A DNA stretch of 64,000 bases from Spongiibacteraceae bacterium. GTDB taxonomy: Bacteria > Pseudomonadota > Gammaproteobacteria > Pseudomonadales > CAMLJR01. The stretch lies in contig JASGHU010000001.1 of NCBI GenBank assembly GCA_047602265.1, positions 3,366,398-3,430,397 on the forward strand. The letters are read 5' to 3'. Each line of letters opens with the position of its first letter. The first letter of the stretch is position 1. Under the pieces are notes generated by a model. The model did not search any database. It was given only the letters and a program-made list of their open reading frames with translations, and had not been told where the DNA came from. Of the stretch, positions 31,318 to 42,133 are shown one piece after another. A program made the translations under genes and the position numbers.

Positions 31318-34300
31318 TGCTCAATCTCCGCCGACAGCGGACGTCGGCGCGCATACAAACGACGAAATACCACAGGCACAAAAAATAAGGTGGCTACGGT
31401 TGCACTCAATAAACCGCCGATCACCGCGCGTCCCAGTGGCGCATTTTGTTCACCGCCATCGCCGAGACCGAGCGCCATCGGCACCATGCCGATAATCATC
31501 GCCAACGCGGTCATCAGCACGGGGCGAAAGCGCGAAAATCCGGCTTCGATGGCCGACTGCACAGCATCGCCGGTTTCGCGAAAACGTTCGCGCGCAAAAC
31601 TCACCACGAGAATACTGTTCGCAGTCGCCACACCCATACACATAATTGCGCCGGTGAGCGCCGGCACACTCAAACGCGTGTGTGTGATAAACAGCATCCA
31701 CACAATCCCCGCAATGGCCGCCGGCAACGCAGTGATGATGATGAAAGGATCGAGCCACGATTGGAAATTCACCACGATTAACAAATACACCAGCACGATC
31801 GCAAACGCGAGACCGATGTATAGCCCCTTGAACGAAGTCTGCATCGTTTGCATTTGACCGCGCGGAATCAATTGCACACCCTTCGGCAATTGTTGCGATT
31901 GTTCGGCAACAATTTTCATGACCTCTTTAGTCACTGCAGCGAGATCGCGATCTTCCACCGAGGCAAAAATATCGATGACGGGCTGCGCGTTGTAGTGCGT
32001 GACCAATCCCGCGCCTGAGCCGCGACCGAAAGTGGCGAGCGCACCGAGCGTCTGTGGCGGCTTATCGCTACTGCTGCTGGTAATCGGCAAATTGCGCAGC
32101 GCATCGAGCGAATCGAGCGCGTATTGCGGCATCAGTGTATTGATCGAATACGACACACCATTTTTCGGATTCAACCAAAAAGCCGGCGCGGTTTGTCCGC
32201 TGCCGCTGATCGACAGCAACATATCGGTGGCGACATCGCGCTGGGTCATTCCCGCCTGCTGCGCGCGCATGCGATCGACATCGACTTGTAGCTCCGGCAT
32301 ATCGAACGTTTGATGAATACGCAGATCGGCAATACCCGGAATGCGGCGAAATTTTTCCAGCAATTGATTGGCGACTTCGCGATTGGCCGCCATATTGAAG
32401 CCAACCACCTGCACATCGATCGGCGCCGGCAGGCTGAAATTCAAAATTTGCGAAACGATATCCGCCGGCAGAAAGGCGAAACTGACGCCGGGAAATTGTT
32501 CGGGCAAACGGCGACGCAATTCGCGAACGTAATCCGCAGTCGGTGCATGATTGTGCTTCAGCGAAATTAAAATATCGGCATCGGCAGAACCGATCGGCGC
32601 CGAATTCGTGTACGACAGATTGATACCACTTACCGGCAAGCCAACGTTCTGAACGAGCGTATGCAACTCATCGGCAGGAATCACCTGACGGATCACCTGC
32701 TCGACATCGTAGGCGATGCGCGCAGTTTCTTCGACGCGTGTACCCGTATGCGCGCGCAGATGCAATTTAATTTGTCCGGTGTCGACCGCCGGAAAAAAAT
32801 CGCTGCCCAACCATGGCCACAATACGAGCAATGAAGCGACGATCAAGGCGAGAAAACCCGCGATGAAGATCTGCGAGTGATGCAACGCCAACGCCAGCCA
32901 GCGCCGATATTCGCACCGAATTTTCTCGAAGCGCGCTTCGAAATTATGCTGTATCGATTGCAACAGCCCGCGTTTGTGCGCAGTGGACTCATGCGCTTGC
33001 AAATGCGGCTTCAATAAATATTTGGCCAGCGTCGGCACCAGCGTACGCGACAACGCATACGAGGCCAGCATCGCGAATACGACGGCTTCCGCCATCGGCA
33101 CGAATAAGTAATGCGATACGCCTTCGAGAAAAAACATCGGCACGAACACGATACAAATGCACAGTGTCGATACCAGCGCGGGCACCGCAATTTGCTGCGC
33201 GCCATCGAGAATCGCCTGCTCGACCGGCTTGCCCTGTTCGAGATGCGCATTGATATTTTCGATCGCGACAGTGGCGTCGTCGACGAGAATACCGACCGCG
33301 AGTGCCAAACCACCAAGCGTCATGATGTTGATCGTTTCGCCGAGCACCGACAGCGCGATGATCGATGCAAGGATCGACAATGGAATCGACAGCGTGATAA
33401 TCAATGTGCTGCGCCAGCTGCCGAGAAACAGCAGAATCATCAGCCCAGTCAGCGCGGCGGCGATCACGCCTTCGCGAATCACGTCCTCGATCGAGGCGCG
33501 CACGAACAGCGACTGATCGGCCAGCTCGCGAATTTTCAATCCTTCCGGCGCGCTATCGCGAATTTGCGGCAGCAGCGCTTTGATGCGATCGATAATCGCG
33601 AGCGTCGAGGTGTTGCCGGTTTTCTGAATCGTCATCAATACCGCGCGCTCGCCATCGACGCGCACGATGTTCACCTGTGGCAAATAACCATCGCGCACAT
33701 GGGCGACGTCGCGAATATAAATCGTCGCGCCGTTGATGGTGGTGATCGGCAAATCGTTGAGCGCATTGACGTCCTTCGGGCTGCCATTGAGTCGAACGCT
33801 GTATTCGTAGTCGCCGATTTTTTGCGTACCCGAAGGCAGAATTAAATTCTGCGCAGCGATCGCATTGGTGACATCCTGCGCCGACAAACCATGCGCCTGC
33901 AGTGCGCGCGGATTGAGATCGACCACGATACTGCGCTGCTTGCCGCCGTAAGGATACGGAATCGACGCACCCTGTACGGGCGCCAATTGCAAACGCATAA
34001 ACGAATTACCGAAATCGAAAATCTCGGCTTCAGTCAGCGTTTCGCTCGACATCGCCAATTGCAAAATCGGCACGCTCGACGCGTTGTACGTGATGATGAG
34101 CGGCGGTTGCGTACCCGATGGAAAACCGCGCAGCGCCGATTGCGAAATCGCCGTGATCTGACTCATCGCCAGCTCGAGCTGCGCGTGCGGGTGCATGAAG
34201 AATTTAACAATGGCGATACCGCCGAGCGATTGCGATTCGATGTGCTCGATATCGTTGACGGTGATGGTCGCGCTGCGCTCAAAACCGATGGTAATGCGAT

Positions 34301-34481
34301 TCGCCATCTCCTCTGCCGGCAATCCGCTGTAATTCCAGATGACCGTGATGACGGGAATATCGATTTTGGGAAAAATATCGGTGGGCGTGCGCAGGATGGT
34401 GAGCGGCCCGAGGATCAGCAACAGCAATGCGAGCACGATAAACGTGTAAGGTCGCTGCAGGGCGACGCGAACAATCCACAT
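31314..34481 (-). CDS. RND efflux transporter permease
   Basis: MWIVRVALQRP, GILVDDATV and RFRPVLMTALAM motifs; start at ATG 34481 with RBS. Confidence 0.95.
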   Translation of the reverse strand: MWIVRVALQRPYTFIVLALLLLILGPLTILRTPTDIFPKIDIPVITVIWNYSGLPAEEMANRITIGFERSATITVNDIEHIESQSLGGIAIVKFFMHPHAQLELAMSQITAISQSALRGFPSGTQPPLIITYNASSVPILQLAMSSETLTEAEIFDFGNSFMRLQLAPVQGASIPYPYGGKQRSIVVDLNPRALQAHGLSAQDVTNAIAAQNLILPSGTQKIGDYEYSVRLNGSPKDVNALNDLPITTINGATIYIRDVAHVRDGYLPQVNIVRVDGERAVLMTIQKTGNTSTLAIIDRIKALLPQIRDSAPEGLKIRELADQSLFVRASIEDVIREGVIAAALTGLMILLFLGSWRSTLIITLSIPLSILASIIALSVLGETINIMTLGGLALAVGILVDDATVAIENINAHLEQGKPVEQAILDGAQQIAVPALVSTLCICIVFVPMFFLEGVSHYLFVPMAEAVVFAMLASYALSRTLVPTLAKYLLKPHLQAHESTAHKRGLLQSIQHNFEARFEKIRCEYRRWLALALHHSQIFIAGFLALIVASLLVLWPWLGSDFFPAVDTGQIKLHLRAHTGTRVEETARIAYDVEQVIRQVIPADELHTLVQNVGLPVSGINLSYTNSAPIGSADADILISLKHNHAPTADYVRELRRRLPEQFPGVSFAFLPADIVSQILNFSLPAPIDVQVVGFNMAANREVANQLLEKFRRIPGIADLRIHQTFDMPELQVDVDRMRAQQAGMTQRDVATDMLLSISGSGQTAPAFWLNPKNGVSYSINTLMPQYALDSLDALRNLPITSSSSDKPPQTLGALATFGRGSGAGLVTHYNAQPVIDIFASVEDRDLAAVTKEVMKIVAEQSQQLPKGVQLIPRGQMQTMQTSFKGLYIGLAFAIVLVYLLIVVNFQSWLDPFIIITALPAAIAGIVWMLFITHTRLSVPALTGAIMCMGVATANSILVVSFARERFRETGDAVQSAIEAGFSRFRPVLMTALAMIIGMVPMALGLGDGGEQNAPLGRAVIGGLLSATVATLFFVPVVFRRLYARRRPLSAEIEQ

Positions 34482-34667
34482 GAGCGATCCTGGAATACTG
34501 TGAGGGCGAGAAGCCGCTTTCGACATGACGAGTGCAACTGTGCACTCGTGCGGCCCCGCGATTATTACCCGAGTCAGGTGTTAGGAAAAGAGCTGCGCGC
34601 AAGGAAAAGCCGATAGCCGTTATTTGTAACGAATTGCTAATGCCCGACGGCGACACGAGTTCGATTT

Positions 34668-35807
34668 TCACCCAACCTCGATCGATTGGCGATCCCGCCA
34701 TTGCCGCAGCACCAGATAACGCCCGTGCAACGCACCGCGATCGAAATTGCCGAAGCCGAGCAGCGTGCCATCGTACCCCTGCGCCGCCGGCAACCACTTC
34801 ACGCATTCCAGTCCAGCCTTGATGCCGTCGCGCGACAGTTCCGGCGCACGCGCCACACCCTCGGCGACGAGCCGACCGATATCGAAGCCTTTTGCCGCAG
34901 CCAATTTATTCCGCGCCCGTGTTTGTGTGCGTTCATAGAATGCGGCGAGCGTGGTGTTGTGATCGGAAAATAAATCGACGTAAATCCAGCCATCGATCGC
35001 ATCGGCGTATGCCGGCGCATAGCCGCGAATGCCTGCGGTGTTCATCGCGCACACGCCACGCCAGTCATGCGCACGTACTGCACGGGCGACGGCGGGCGCT
35101 GAAATACCGAGACCGAGATAAACCAACGCATCGATTTTTGCATCGGCCGAGCTTTCGCCTAACGAGTCTGAATCTAACGAGTCCGAGCCTAACGAATTTG
35201 TATAGAGAGAGTTTGCACGGACCGAATTTGAGAAAAATATGGCAGCGACTTGCGTTTCCGCGTGCTCTGCCAGCGGCGAAATCTCGATCGCTGCGGCGAT
35301 TTGTAGCGCGACGATGCGAGCTTCGGCGCGAAAAAATTGGAGATGGCCGTGACCGATCGGCGAATTATCGTAAATCACGCCGACGCGTTGTGCGCCGATA
35401 GCCGCAAGATAACGCGCGAGCACAATCGATTCGTCTTCGTGCGAACCCACTTGCAGCTGGAACATGTAGTCGCTGCGCGCACGCTCGCTGCCCGCCCAAT
35501 TAATCGTCGGCACGCGATATTTTTCGGCAAGCGGTGTCGCGATCAATGCGTTATCACCAATCGCCGGTCCGACAATCATCAAGACATCGTCAGCGACCAG
35601 ATTTTCGTACGCGCGTTGCACGGCCTCGGCACCACCCGATGGCAATCCTAAACCCCAAGCATTAATAAATTCGACGGGATGCGAGATGCGGCCACTCGCA
35701 ATCGTTTCATCCATAATCAGACGCAGCCATTGTTCTATGTCGGCAGGATTGGGCGGCGCGTCTGCTAGATCGTTCAAAATACCAATGCGTATCGGCGATT
35801 TCACCAT
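34668..35807 (-). CDS. LivK-like (PBP1) substrate-binding-fold protein without obvious signal peptide
   Basis: PIRIGIL, IVGP and VGVIYDNSPIG pattern; contains a Ser-rich pentapeptide insertion. Confidence 0.78.
   Translation of the reverse strand: MVKSPIRIGILNDLADAPPNPADIEQWLRLIMDETIASGRISHPVEFINAWGLGLPSGGAEAVQRAYENLVADDVLMIVGPAIGDNALIATPLAEKYRVPTINWAGSERARSDYMFQLQVGSHEDESIVLARYLAAIGAQRVGVIYDNSPIGHGHLQFFRAEARIVALQIAAAIEISPLAEHAETQVAAIFFSNSVRANSLYTNSLGSDSLDSDSLGESSADAKIDALVYLGLGISAPAVARAVRAHDWRGVCAMNTAGIRGYAPAYADAIDGWIYVDLFSDHNTTLAAFYERTQTRARNKLAAAKGFDIGRLVAEGVARAPELSRDGIKAGLECVKWLPAAQGYDGTLLGFGNFDRGALHGRYLVLRQWRDRQSIEVG
35158..35232. repeat. 5 x 15-nt in-frame degenerate tandem repeat
   Basis: CCTAACGAGTCTGAA / TCTAACGAGTCCGAG / CCTAACGAATTTGTA / TAGAGAGAGTTTGCA / CGGACCGAATTTGAG. 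Confidence 0.75.
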
Positions 35808-35867
35808 GACATCTCGATCAATTTATTTTTCGGAGAAAATTGTGCGCGCGGACGACAGGAAAAATAC

Positions 35868-36668
35868 TTAGAGCTCGGCGATAACGCGCTGCAACTCGGA
35901 CTCCAGCGCAGCGAACAAGGTGCCGATTTCAATGCGCGCTGCAGCATCGGGCAATTGCTTTTGTTCGAGCGCAATTTTGAAATGCCGATCGATCGCGCGC
36001 GCACGCGTCGTTAATTCATCGTAACCAAACGTCGCTCCCGCTCCCGCCAGATTATGCGTGCTGCTGTGCAAGCCGCGCAGCGCGTCGAGATTGCGCTCGG
36101 CAATATTCCACTCCGCATCGAGCACCTGCCATTGCTGTTGCAATGTCATCAGCCGCGAGGGCAGTTCCCGACGAAACTGCTCGGTGAGCGCAGCCATGCG
36201 TTCAGCAAAGCGCTTCTCCGCTGCATTTTCAATTTGAACTGCGCCGGTTTCGCCCTGCGCTGCCACAGTCGCGATCGGCGCCGTATCGATTCGCCCCCAA
36301 ATATCGCGCAACGTATCAGCCAGCTTCATCGGATCGAACGGCTTGGCAATCACATCGCGGGCGCCCAACGATTTGAAATGCGCAACTTCACCGGGATGCG
36401 CTTTCGCCGTCATGAAAACCACCGGCGTATCTTTCAGGGAAGGTATCTCGCGCAAACGGCTCAGCGTCGTCGGGCCATCCATTTGCGGCATCATCACATC
36501 GAGCAGAATCAAATCGATGGAGATTTCGTGCGCGCGCGCGATCGCCTCCATGCCAGAACTGCAATTGATCACGCGCATGCCCGCGACAAGTTCGAGCGCG
36601 AGTTTGACGATGCGCTGAATATCGGGTTCATCCTCGACATAAAGAATATTCTGCAATACGTTTTTCAA
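35868..36668 (-). CDS. Response regulator with C-terminal Hpt domain
   Basis: LYVEDE, LLDVMMPQMDG and KPF motifs; C-terminal THNLAGAGATFG Hpt motif. Start at TTG 36668. Confidence 0.88.
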   Translation of the reverse strand: MKNVLQNILYVEDEPDIQRIVKLALELVAGMRVINCSSGMEAIARAHEISIDLILLDVMMPQMDGPTTLSRLREIPSLKDTPVVFMTAKAHPGEVAHFKSLGARDVIAKPFDPMKLADTLRDIWGRIDTAPIATVAAQGETGAVQIENAAEKRFAERMAALTEQFRRELPSRLMTLQQQWQVLDAEWNIAERNLDALRGLHSSTHNLAGAGATFGYDELTTRARAIDRHFKIALEQKQLPDAAARIEIGTLFAALESELQRVIAEL

Positions 36669-36770
36669 CGCTTCACTCCATCGACCGCACCGCACTTAAT
36701 CAATCAACCACCCAACCAATCAACTCTACTGTATTCACCGCGCGACGATCCAGGCAGCGAATAGGCCGCA

Positions 36771-38909
36771 TCATGCGCTCGGCAACTCGACGTAAAACAC
36801 CGTTCCGCCACCATCGCGATCGACAAAGCCGATTGTTCCATGCATTTTTTCCACCAGCGTTTTGGTAATCGCAAGCCCCAGCCCGGAACCGCCGCGTGTG
36901 CGCGTATCGGATGAGTCGGCCTGCGAGAAACGCTGAAAAATACGATCGCGAAAATCCAGCGGAATACCGGGACCGCGATCGCACACCTCGATTCGAACGC
37001 AACCGTCGCCACCCAATGCGGTGATATCGACGCGATCGCCGGGCGTGGAAAATTTCACCGCATTGGAAATCAGATTGGCCATCACCTGCATGAAGCGGTT
37101 GACGTCGACCATGATCGTTTTGTCCGAATCGATTTGCGCTTGTAAATACACCGATAAATTCTGCGTATAACCCTGATTCGATTCAATCGCTTGCTCGAGC
37201 AACGCACGCAGCGAGTGCGGTTGTATATCGAGCCGCATTTTTCCCGATTCGATTTTTTCGATATCGAGAATATCGTTGATCAGCAACGACAGGCGCTCGC
37301 TATTTTTATGGGCAATATCGATCAGATCTTTCGCCGCAGCGGGCAATTCCCCCACCGCTCCGCTGGCAACCAAGCCGAGCGAGCCGCGAATCGAGGTGAG
37401 CGGTGTGCGCAACTCATGCGAAACCGAAGAAACGAATTCGCTCTTCATGCGCGCTACACGTTTCAGCTCGGTGATATCCCAGGCCACACCGATGATGCGT
37501 CGGGCAATACCGTTCTCATCGCGCTGTATCAGACCCGCGGTGCGCAACCAACGCTCGTTGTCATTGGCCAGAACCACTCGAAACTCCTGTACCTGCCGAT
37601 CCGATTGCGGATTATTGATCGCCTCCAGCATCGAGGAGGTGACATATTCCCAATCATCCGGATGAACCAAGTCAGCGGTAATACCTGCGGTGGCAACCGT
37701 GCCGGGCTCCAGCCCATAGATGGCGTGCATTCGATCATCCCAGACCAACGAATTGTCGCTGAGGTCTACCTCCCAGACACCGATCCCACCAGCCTGTGTT
37801 GCCAACGACAAGCGCGTGTTCAGCGCCTGCAATTGCTCTTCATGCCGCTTGCGCTCGGTGATGTCCTCGACAATCGTCCACACATAATGCTCGCCATCGC
37901 CCGCGTTGACCGCCATGCGATGCAGGGACACTGAAATCCTGCTTCCATCCTTGCGGATAAACTGCGTCTCAAAGGCATCGGTTCCGCCATTTTTTACCAG
38001 CTCGTACCAGCGCCGGCGATTTTCCTCGCCGCACTCCGGCGCACTGATTCCGATATTGAAAAACGCCTCGAAGTTTTCGTCTTCGTAGCCGAGCATGCGC
38101 TTGAATGACTGGTTCGCGTCCACCATCGAACCATTCGCACGAATCAAAATACATCCCAACGGCGACAGCTCGAACAATGCCTGCAATTTTTCCTGGCTGG
38201 AGCGCAACGCCAGCGAAAAGGAATTTTGCAATTGCGCACGCTCGCGTTCGGCAAAACGCAGCGTGACGTTTTCCTTCACGTAGTGATGCAGGCGAACAAT
38301 CACGCCCGCCAGAAAAAACATATAGACCAGTCCGAGCACACCGAGGCTCGAACCAATGCCGCTCACGCGCAAAAACATCTGCAGCTCCAACGGCAATATA
38401 CACGGCAACAAAAATGCCCAGGCCACCCAGGGATTAGCTGCTAACGTGATGGCTGCGGCGGACGCAATACCTGCGGTGATGAACACCAGCAGCATTTGAT
38501 GTTCCGATCCGTGTTGCGGAAATAAAATGAGATTGCCGAAACCCCAGCTGAGACCGCCGAGAAAAGAACTGAGAAGAAGATATTTGTACCAAATGCTGGA
38601 GCGAGCCATACGATCGCGATCGCGCCGCCAGCCGATAAGAATCGCCATGCGCACTGCGCTCGCCAACAACATAAAGCCGCACCACACAATGACCCGCCAG
38701 CTATCGGTGACCGGCAGCAACGTCGCACCCACCACGGCAGTGATGGCAACGGAAGCAATAAGATTGAAATGCTGCGTATTAAAGATGAGGCGCAACTGCT
38801 CCGCGCGCAGCGCCTGTTGAGGGTCATCGGCTAATAGCGTGGCGCTAACGTTTGCCGGAGTGGATGTAGCCGTGGCAGCAGCCGTATTAGTCGTGTTAAC
38901 CATAGACAC
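36771..38909 (-). CDS. Membrane PAS-PAS sensor histidine kinase
   Basis: Multi-TM N-terminus, two PAS domains, SHELRTPL, NAVKF, DRGPG and GSGLGL. The start may be ATG 38903. Confidence 0.93.
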   Translation of the reverse strand: MSMVNTTNTAAATATSTPANVSATLLADDPQQALRAEQLRLIFNTQHFNLIASVAITAVVGATLLPVTDSWRVIVWCGFMLLASAVRMAILIGWRRDRDRMARSSIWYKYLLLSSFLGGLSWGFGNLILFPQHGSEHQMLLVFITAGIASAAAITLAANPWVAWAFLLPCILPLELQMFLRVSGIGSSLGVLGLVYMFFLAGVIVRLHHYVKENVTLRFAERERAQLQNSFSLALRSSQEKLQALFELSPLGCILIRANGSMVDANQSFKRMLGYEDENFEAFFNIGISAPECGEENRRRWYELVKNGGTDAFETQFIRKDGSRISVSLHRMAVNAGDGEHYVWTIVEDITERKRHEEQLQALNTRLSLATQAGGIGVWEVDLSDNSLVWDDRMHAIYGLEPGTVATAGITADLVHPDDWEYVTSSMLEAINNPQSDRQVQEFRVVLANDNERWLRTAGLIQRDENGIARRIIGVAWDITELKRVARMKSEFVSSVSHELRTPLTSIRGSLGLVASGAVGELPAAAKDLIDIAHKNSERLSLLINDILDIEKIESGKMRLDIQPHSLRALLEQAIESNQGYTQNLSVYLQAQIDSDKTIMVDVNRFMQVMANLISNAVKFSTPGDRVDITALGGDGCVRIEVCDRGPGIPLDFRDRIFQRFSQADSSDTRTRGGSGLGLAITKTLVEKMHGTIGFVDRDGGGTVFYVELPSA

Positions 38910-39321
38910 ATTCCCTATGCGCTGACCAACAGCGTAGCGGATTTTATTTGTTCGGGTTGTGCCGATTGCGGTTGCGCCCTATGCTTACCGGCAAGCCTTC
39001 ATTGATCCGAGCTGCAGCCTGCTGTGATTATCGATTTCGACACATCGAGCAATGCCTATCCTGTGCAACGATCGCCACGCAGCGATTTGCAATTCCACAC
39101 GCTGCTGAATGCCTGCCCCCTGTTTTCGCCCTGGCCGATTGGCGATCAAACGCTACGGTTCAACACCCCGCCAGCTGCTTCTGGCCTGTCCACACACCCT
39201 GCCTCCTCCAATCGCCGCGAAGGTCGCCACGAGCGCGAATAAATCGCCCACCCGAAAACAAGAATTGACTGCTTGCGCGTAGTCGTTACCATGCGCGGGC
39301 TTTCTTTTAGGAATCAAGCCA

Positions 39322-39699
39322 ATGATGACGAAGCCCGGTAAAACCGGCATTGCCCGCCTTATTGCCGCCACGGGTTATTCGCTGAAAGGCTTTCGTGCCG
39401 CCTGGAAATACGAAGAGGCATTTCGGATCGAGGCAACGCTGGCCTGTGTCTGCGTGCCGCTCGCATTCTGGGTAGGACGCGATTTGACGCACCAGCTGCT
39501 GCTGGTCATCACCTGCGCCATCGTCATCCTTGCCGAATTGTTCAACTCGGCGATCGAAGCAGCGATCGATCGTCACGGTTCGGAAATGCACCCGCTTTCG
39601 GGGCAGGCGAAGGACATCGGCTCGGCGGGCGTGTTCACCAGCCTGATGCTCTTCCTTATCTGCTGGCTCCCATCGCTGTGGCAGCGTTTTATCGGCTAG
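39322..39699 (+). CDS. dgkA: Diacylglycerol kinase
   Basis: EEAFRIE, ELFNSAIEAAID and AKDIGSA motifs. Confidence 0.95.
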   Translation: MMTKPGKTGIARLIAATGYSLKGFRAAWKYEEAFRIEATLACVCVPLAFWVGRDLTHQLLLVITCAIVILAELFNSAIEAAIDRHGSEMHPLSGQAKDIGSAGVFTSLMLFLICWLPSLWQRFIG

Positions 39700-39734
39700 T
39701 CCGGCGAAAGTAGCACTTCAATCGCTTATCCGTA

Positions 39735-39763
39735 TTGACAAGGCTGGCTGCGATATGAATAAT
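39735..39763 (+). promoter_or_regulatory. Putative sigma70 promoter of rpsT
   Basis: TTGACA-17 nt-AATAAT followed by a GC-rich discriminator. Confidence 0.6.
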
Positions 39764-39850
39764 CGCGCCTCTCAATTTTTATGATCCAGTCAGTTCTACT
39801 CAACGAACGGCTGACGATTTACAACCCGTTTACGATTTAGGAGTTTAGCG

Positions 39851-40126
39851 GTGGCGAATACGGCTCAGGCACGCAAGCGCGCACGGCAGGCAGAGAAAGC
39901 CCGCCAACACAACGGTAGCTTGCGCTCGATGGTACGCACCTACATTAAGAAAGTTGTTGCAGCCATCGCGACAGGCGACGCAGAAGCCGCCAAGACAGCT
40001 TATGCCGCTGCGGTTCCGGTGATCGATCGTATCGCTGACAAAGGCATCATTCACAAGAACAAAGCAGCTCGTCACAAGAGCCGCCTGAACAATCAGATCA
40101 AAGCACTGGCACAAAAAGCCGCTTAA
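39851..40126 (+). CDS. rpsT: 30S ribosomal protein S20
   Basis: [12 protein letters not shown]...[13 protein letters not shown]. Confidence 0.98.
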   Translation: MANTAQARKRARQAEKARQHNGSLRSMVRTYIKKVVAAIATGDAEAAKTAYAAAVPVIDRIADKGIIHKNKAARHKSRLNNQIKALAQKAA

Positions 40127-40137
40127 TCTGAATCGAT

Positions 40138-40166
40138 AAAAAAGCCGGTTTCGACCGGCTTTTTTT
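40138..40166. terminator. Bidirectional intrinsic terminator
   Basis: AAAAAAGCCGGT-TTCG-ACCGGCTTTTTTT. Confidence 0.9.
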
Positions 40167-40186
40167 ATGGGCGCTATTTTGTGTCG

Positions 40187-40939
40187 CTAGCCAAACCAAC
40201 TCTTCACTTGCAACCACAACAACCCCAGATACTCGTGCAGCGCAAACTCTGTACGCTCCAGACTTTCCGTGTCAGGCAACATAAAATCGCGCCAATTCGG
40301 GTGCGGATTATTGCGATCAAGAAAATGTGTCGGCGCAGGAATAGGGTCGAGCCCCGCAGCGTGAAATAACGTCATCGTGCGCGGCATATGCGCCGCCGAA
40401 GTCACCACCACAAACCGATGCCCCTGCACCATCGGCTTCAACAATCCAACCTCTTCTTCCGTATCGAATGATCCCGCCTGCAAATTCAAATCGTGCTCGG
40501 CAATACCCATCGAAACCGCAACTTTCGTCAAAACCAGTGTTGTCTCCGGGCCGCCGGAAATAATGAGCTTGCTGCCGGGATTTGCACGATAAATCGCGAT
40601 GCCCTCCATCAACCGATAAATCGCGGCGGTATTCGGGCGATTGGTTAACGGCAATCGTGGGGCATCGCTCTGTGCGGCGCCCATCACCACAACAAACTCT
40701 GCCTGATTGGGCCGACCATTCCATTTCGGATAGCGCTCCTCCAATCGCAATAGCGCCAAATCGGAAACCGCAGTGCAACTACAAATGACAAGCACTGCGA
40801 GCCCCAACGTCACCAAGCCGCGCCCAAGCTTTTCGCGTTTACACCAGAGGAAAATACAACCCGCAACCAGAAGCAGGACTGAAAACGGCAGCGGCATCAA
40901 CCAGGCGCTGATAAATTTTTTTAACACAAATCCATTCAT
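40187..40939 (-). CDS. ElyC/YdcF (DUF218) family protein
   Basis: N-terminal TMs, LIISGG, DTEEE, VTSAAHMPR and HEYLG motifs. Confidence 0.88.
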   Translation of the reverse strand: MNGFVLKKFISAWLMPLPFSVLLLVAGCIFLWCKREKLGRGLVTLGLAVLVICSCTAVSDLALLRLEERYPKWNGRPNQAEFVVVMGAAQSDAPRLPLTNRPNTAAIYRLMEGIAIYRANPGSKLIISGGPETTLVLTKVAVSMGIAEHDLNLQAGSFDTEEEVGLLKPMVQGHRFVVVTSAAHMPRTMTLFHAAGLDPIPAPTHFLDRNNPHPNWRDFMLPDTESLERTEFALHEYLGLLWLQVKSWFG

Positions 40940-40948
40940 GAGCTGTGG

Positions 40949-42061
40949 TTAGAGCACGACCAAATTGTCGCGATGAATAAGCTCGCGTTCGCCCTCGTAA
41001 CCGAGCAGCGCTTCGATGCGATCGGAACTCTGTCCGATAATTTTTTGCGCCTCGTCTTGCGCGTAATTCACTAAACCGCGCGCGATTTCAACGCCATTCA
41101 TATCGACACACGCCACCAGATCACCGCGATTGAATCGGCCTTCGACCGCCTTCACGCCAACCGGCAACAAACTGCGGCCCGATTCGCGCAAAACGCGCAC
41201 CGCACCGTCATCCAACACCAGCCGGCCACTGGTTTGCATCAATCCCGCGAGCCACTGCTTGCGCGCAGCCAGCGGCTGGTTGTCCGCGACCAAACGCGTA
41301 CCTACGGATTCACCAGCGGCCAAACGCACAAGCACATTTTCGGCGCGACCGCTCGCAATCACGGTATCCGCACCCGAACGCGCCGCTAATTTCGCCGCGC
41401 GAATTTTCGTAATCATGCCGCCACGACCGAGTGTTCCACCACCACCCGCCATCAATTCGTACTGCGGATCGCCCGCACGACCGCGCGCCACGAAGGCCGC
41501 GTTAGGGTTGCTGCGAGGATCGCTTTCGTATAAACCTTCTTGATCGGTCAAAATGACGAGCAGATCGGCGTCGATAAGATTGGCGACGAGTGCGCCGAGC
41601 GTATCGTTGTCGCCGAAACGAATCTCATCGGTAACCACGGTATCGTTTTCATTGATGACAGGAATAACACCGAGCTCGACCAGCGTTTTCAGCGTACCGC
41701 GCGCATTCAAATAACGGTCGCGCGCAGAAATATCGTCGTGCCCAAGCAGCACTTGTGCAGTGTGCAAGCCATAGCGCTGAAATTGCGATTCGTACGCCTG
41801 TACCAACCCCATCTGCCCCACTGCAGCGGCGGCTTGTAATTCATGCAATGCATGAGGGCGCGTTTTCCAACCGAGACGCACCATACCTTCGGCAACCGCA
41901 CCGGAAGAAACTAACACAACTTCTATGCCGCGCTGGCGCAGCTCGACGATTTGTTTCACCCATTGTTCGATCGCAGCAATATACAAACCGCGGCCGTCGT
42001 TGGTGAGCAGAGCGCTGCCGATTTTTACAACCCAGCGCTGAGCACTCTTACTTTGTGTCAT
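40949..42061 (-). CDS. proB: Glutamate 5-kinase
   Basis: VVKIGS, NEND, FGDND, GGMITK and PUA domain. Confidence 0.97.
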   Translation of the reverse strand: MTQSKSAQRWVVKIGSALLTNDGRGLYIAAIEQWVKQIVELRQRGIEVVLVSSGAVAEGMVRLGWKTRPHALHELQAAAAVGQMGLVQAYESQFQRYGLHTAQVLLGHDDISARDRYLNARGTLKTLVELGVIPVINENDTVVTDEIRFGDNDTLGALVANLIDADLLVILTDQEGLYESDPRSNPNAAFVARGRAGDPQYELMAGGGGTLGRGGMITKIRAAKLAARSGADTVIASGRAENVLVRLAAGESVGTRLVADNQPLAARKQWLAGLMQTSGRLVLDDGAVRVLRESGRSLLPVGVKAVEGRFNRGDLVACVDMNGVEIARGLVNYAQDEAQKIIGQSSDRIEALLGYEGERELIHRDNLVVL

Positions 42062-42133
42062 CGATTAACCTTAATTCAGAATCAGGCCACCTGATTTTTA
42101 TCGTTGATGCGATATTTTTCAGCGTACATTTTC

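Noticed and set aside
38910-39321. About 410-nt intergenic region as riboswitch, Csr-type sRNA or small ORFs
   Set aside because: I could not recognise a c-di-GMP aptamer consensus or a regular GGA hairpin array, and the ORFs lack RBS and motifs. An Rfam scan would settle it.
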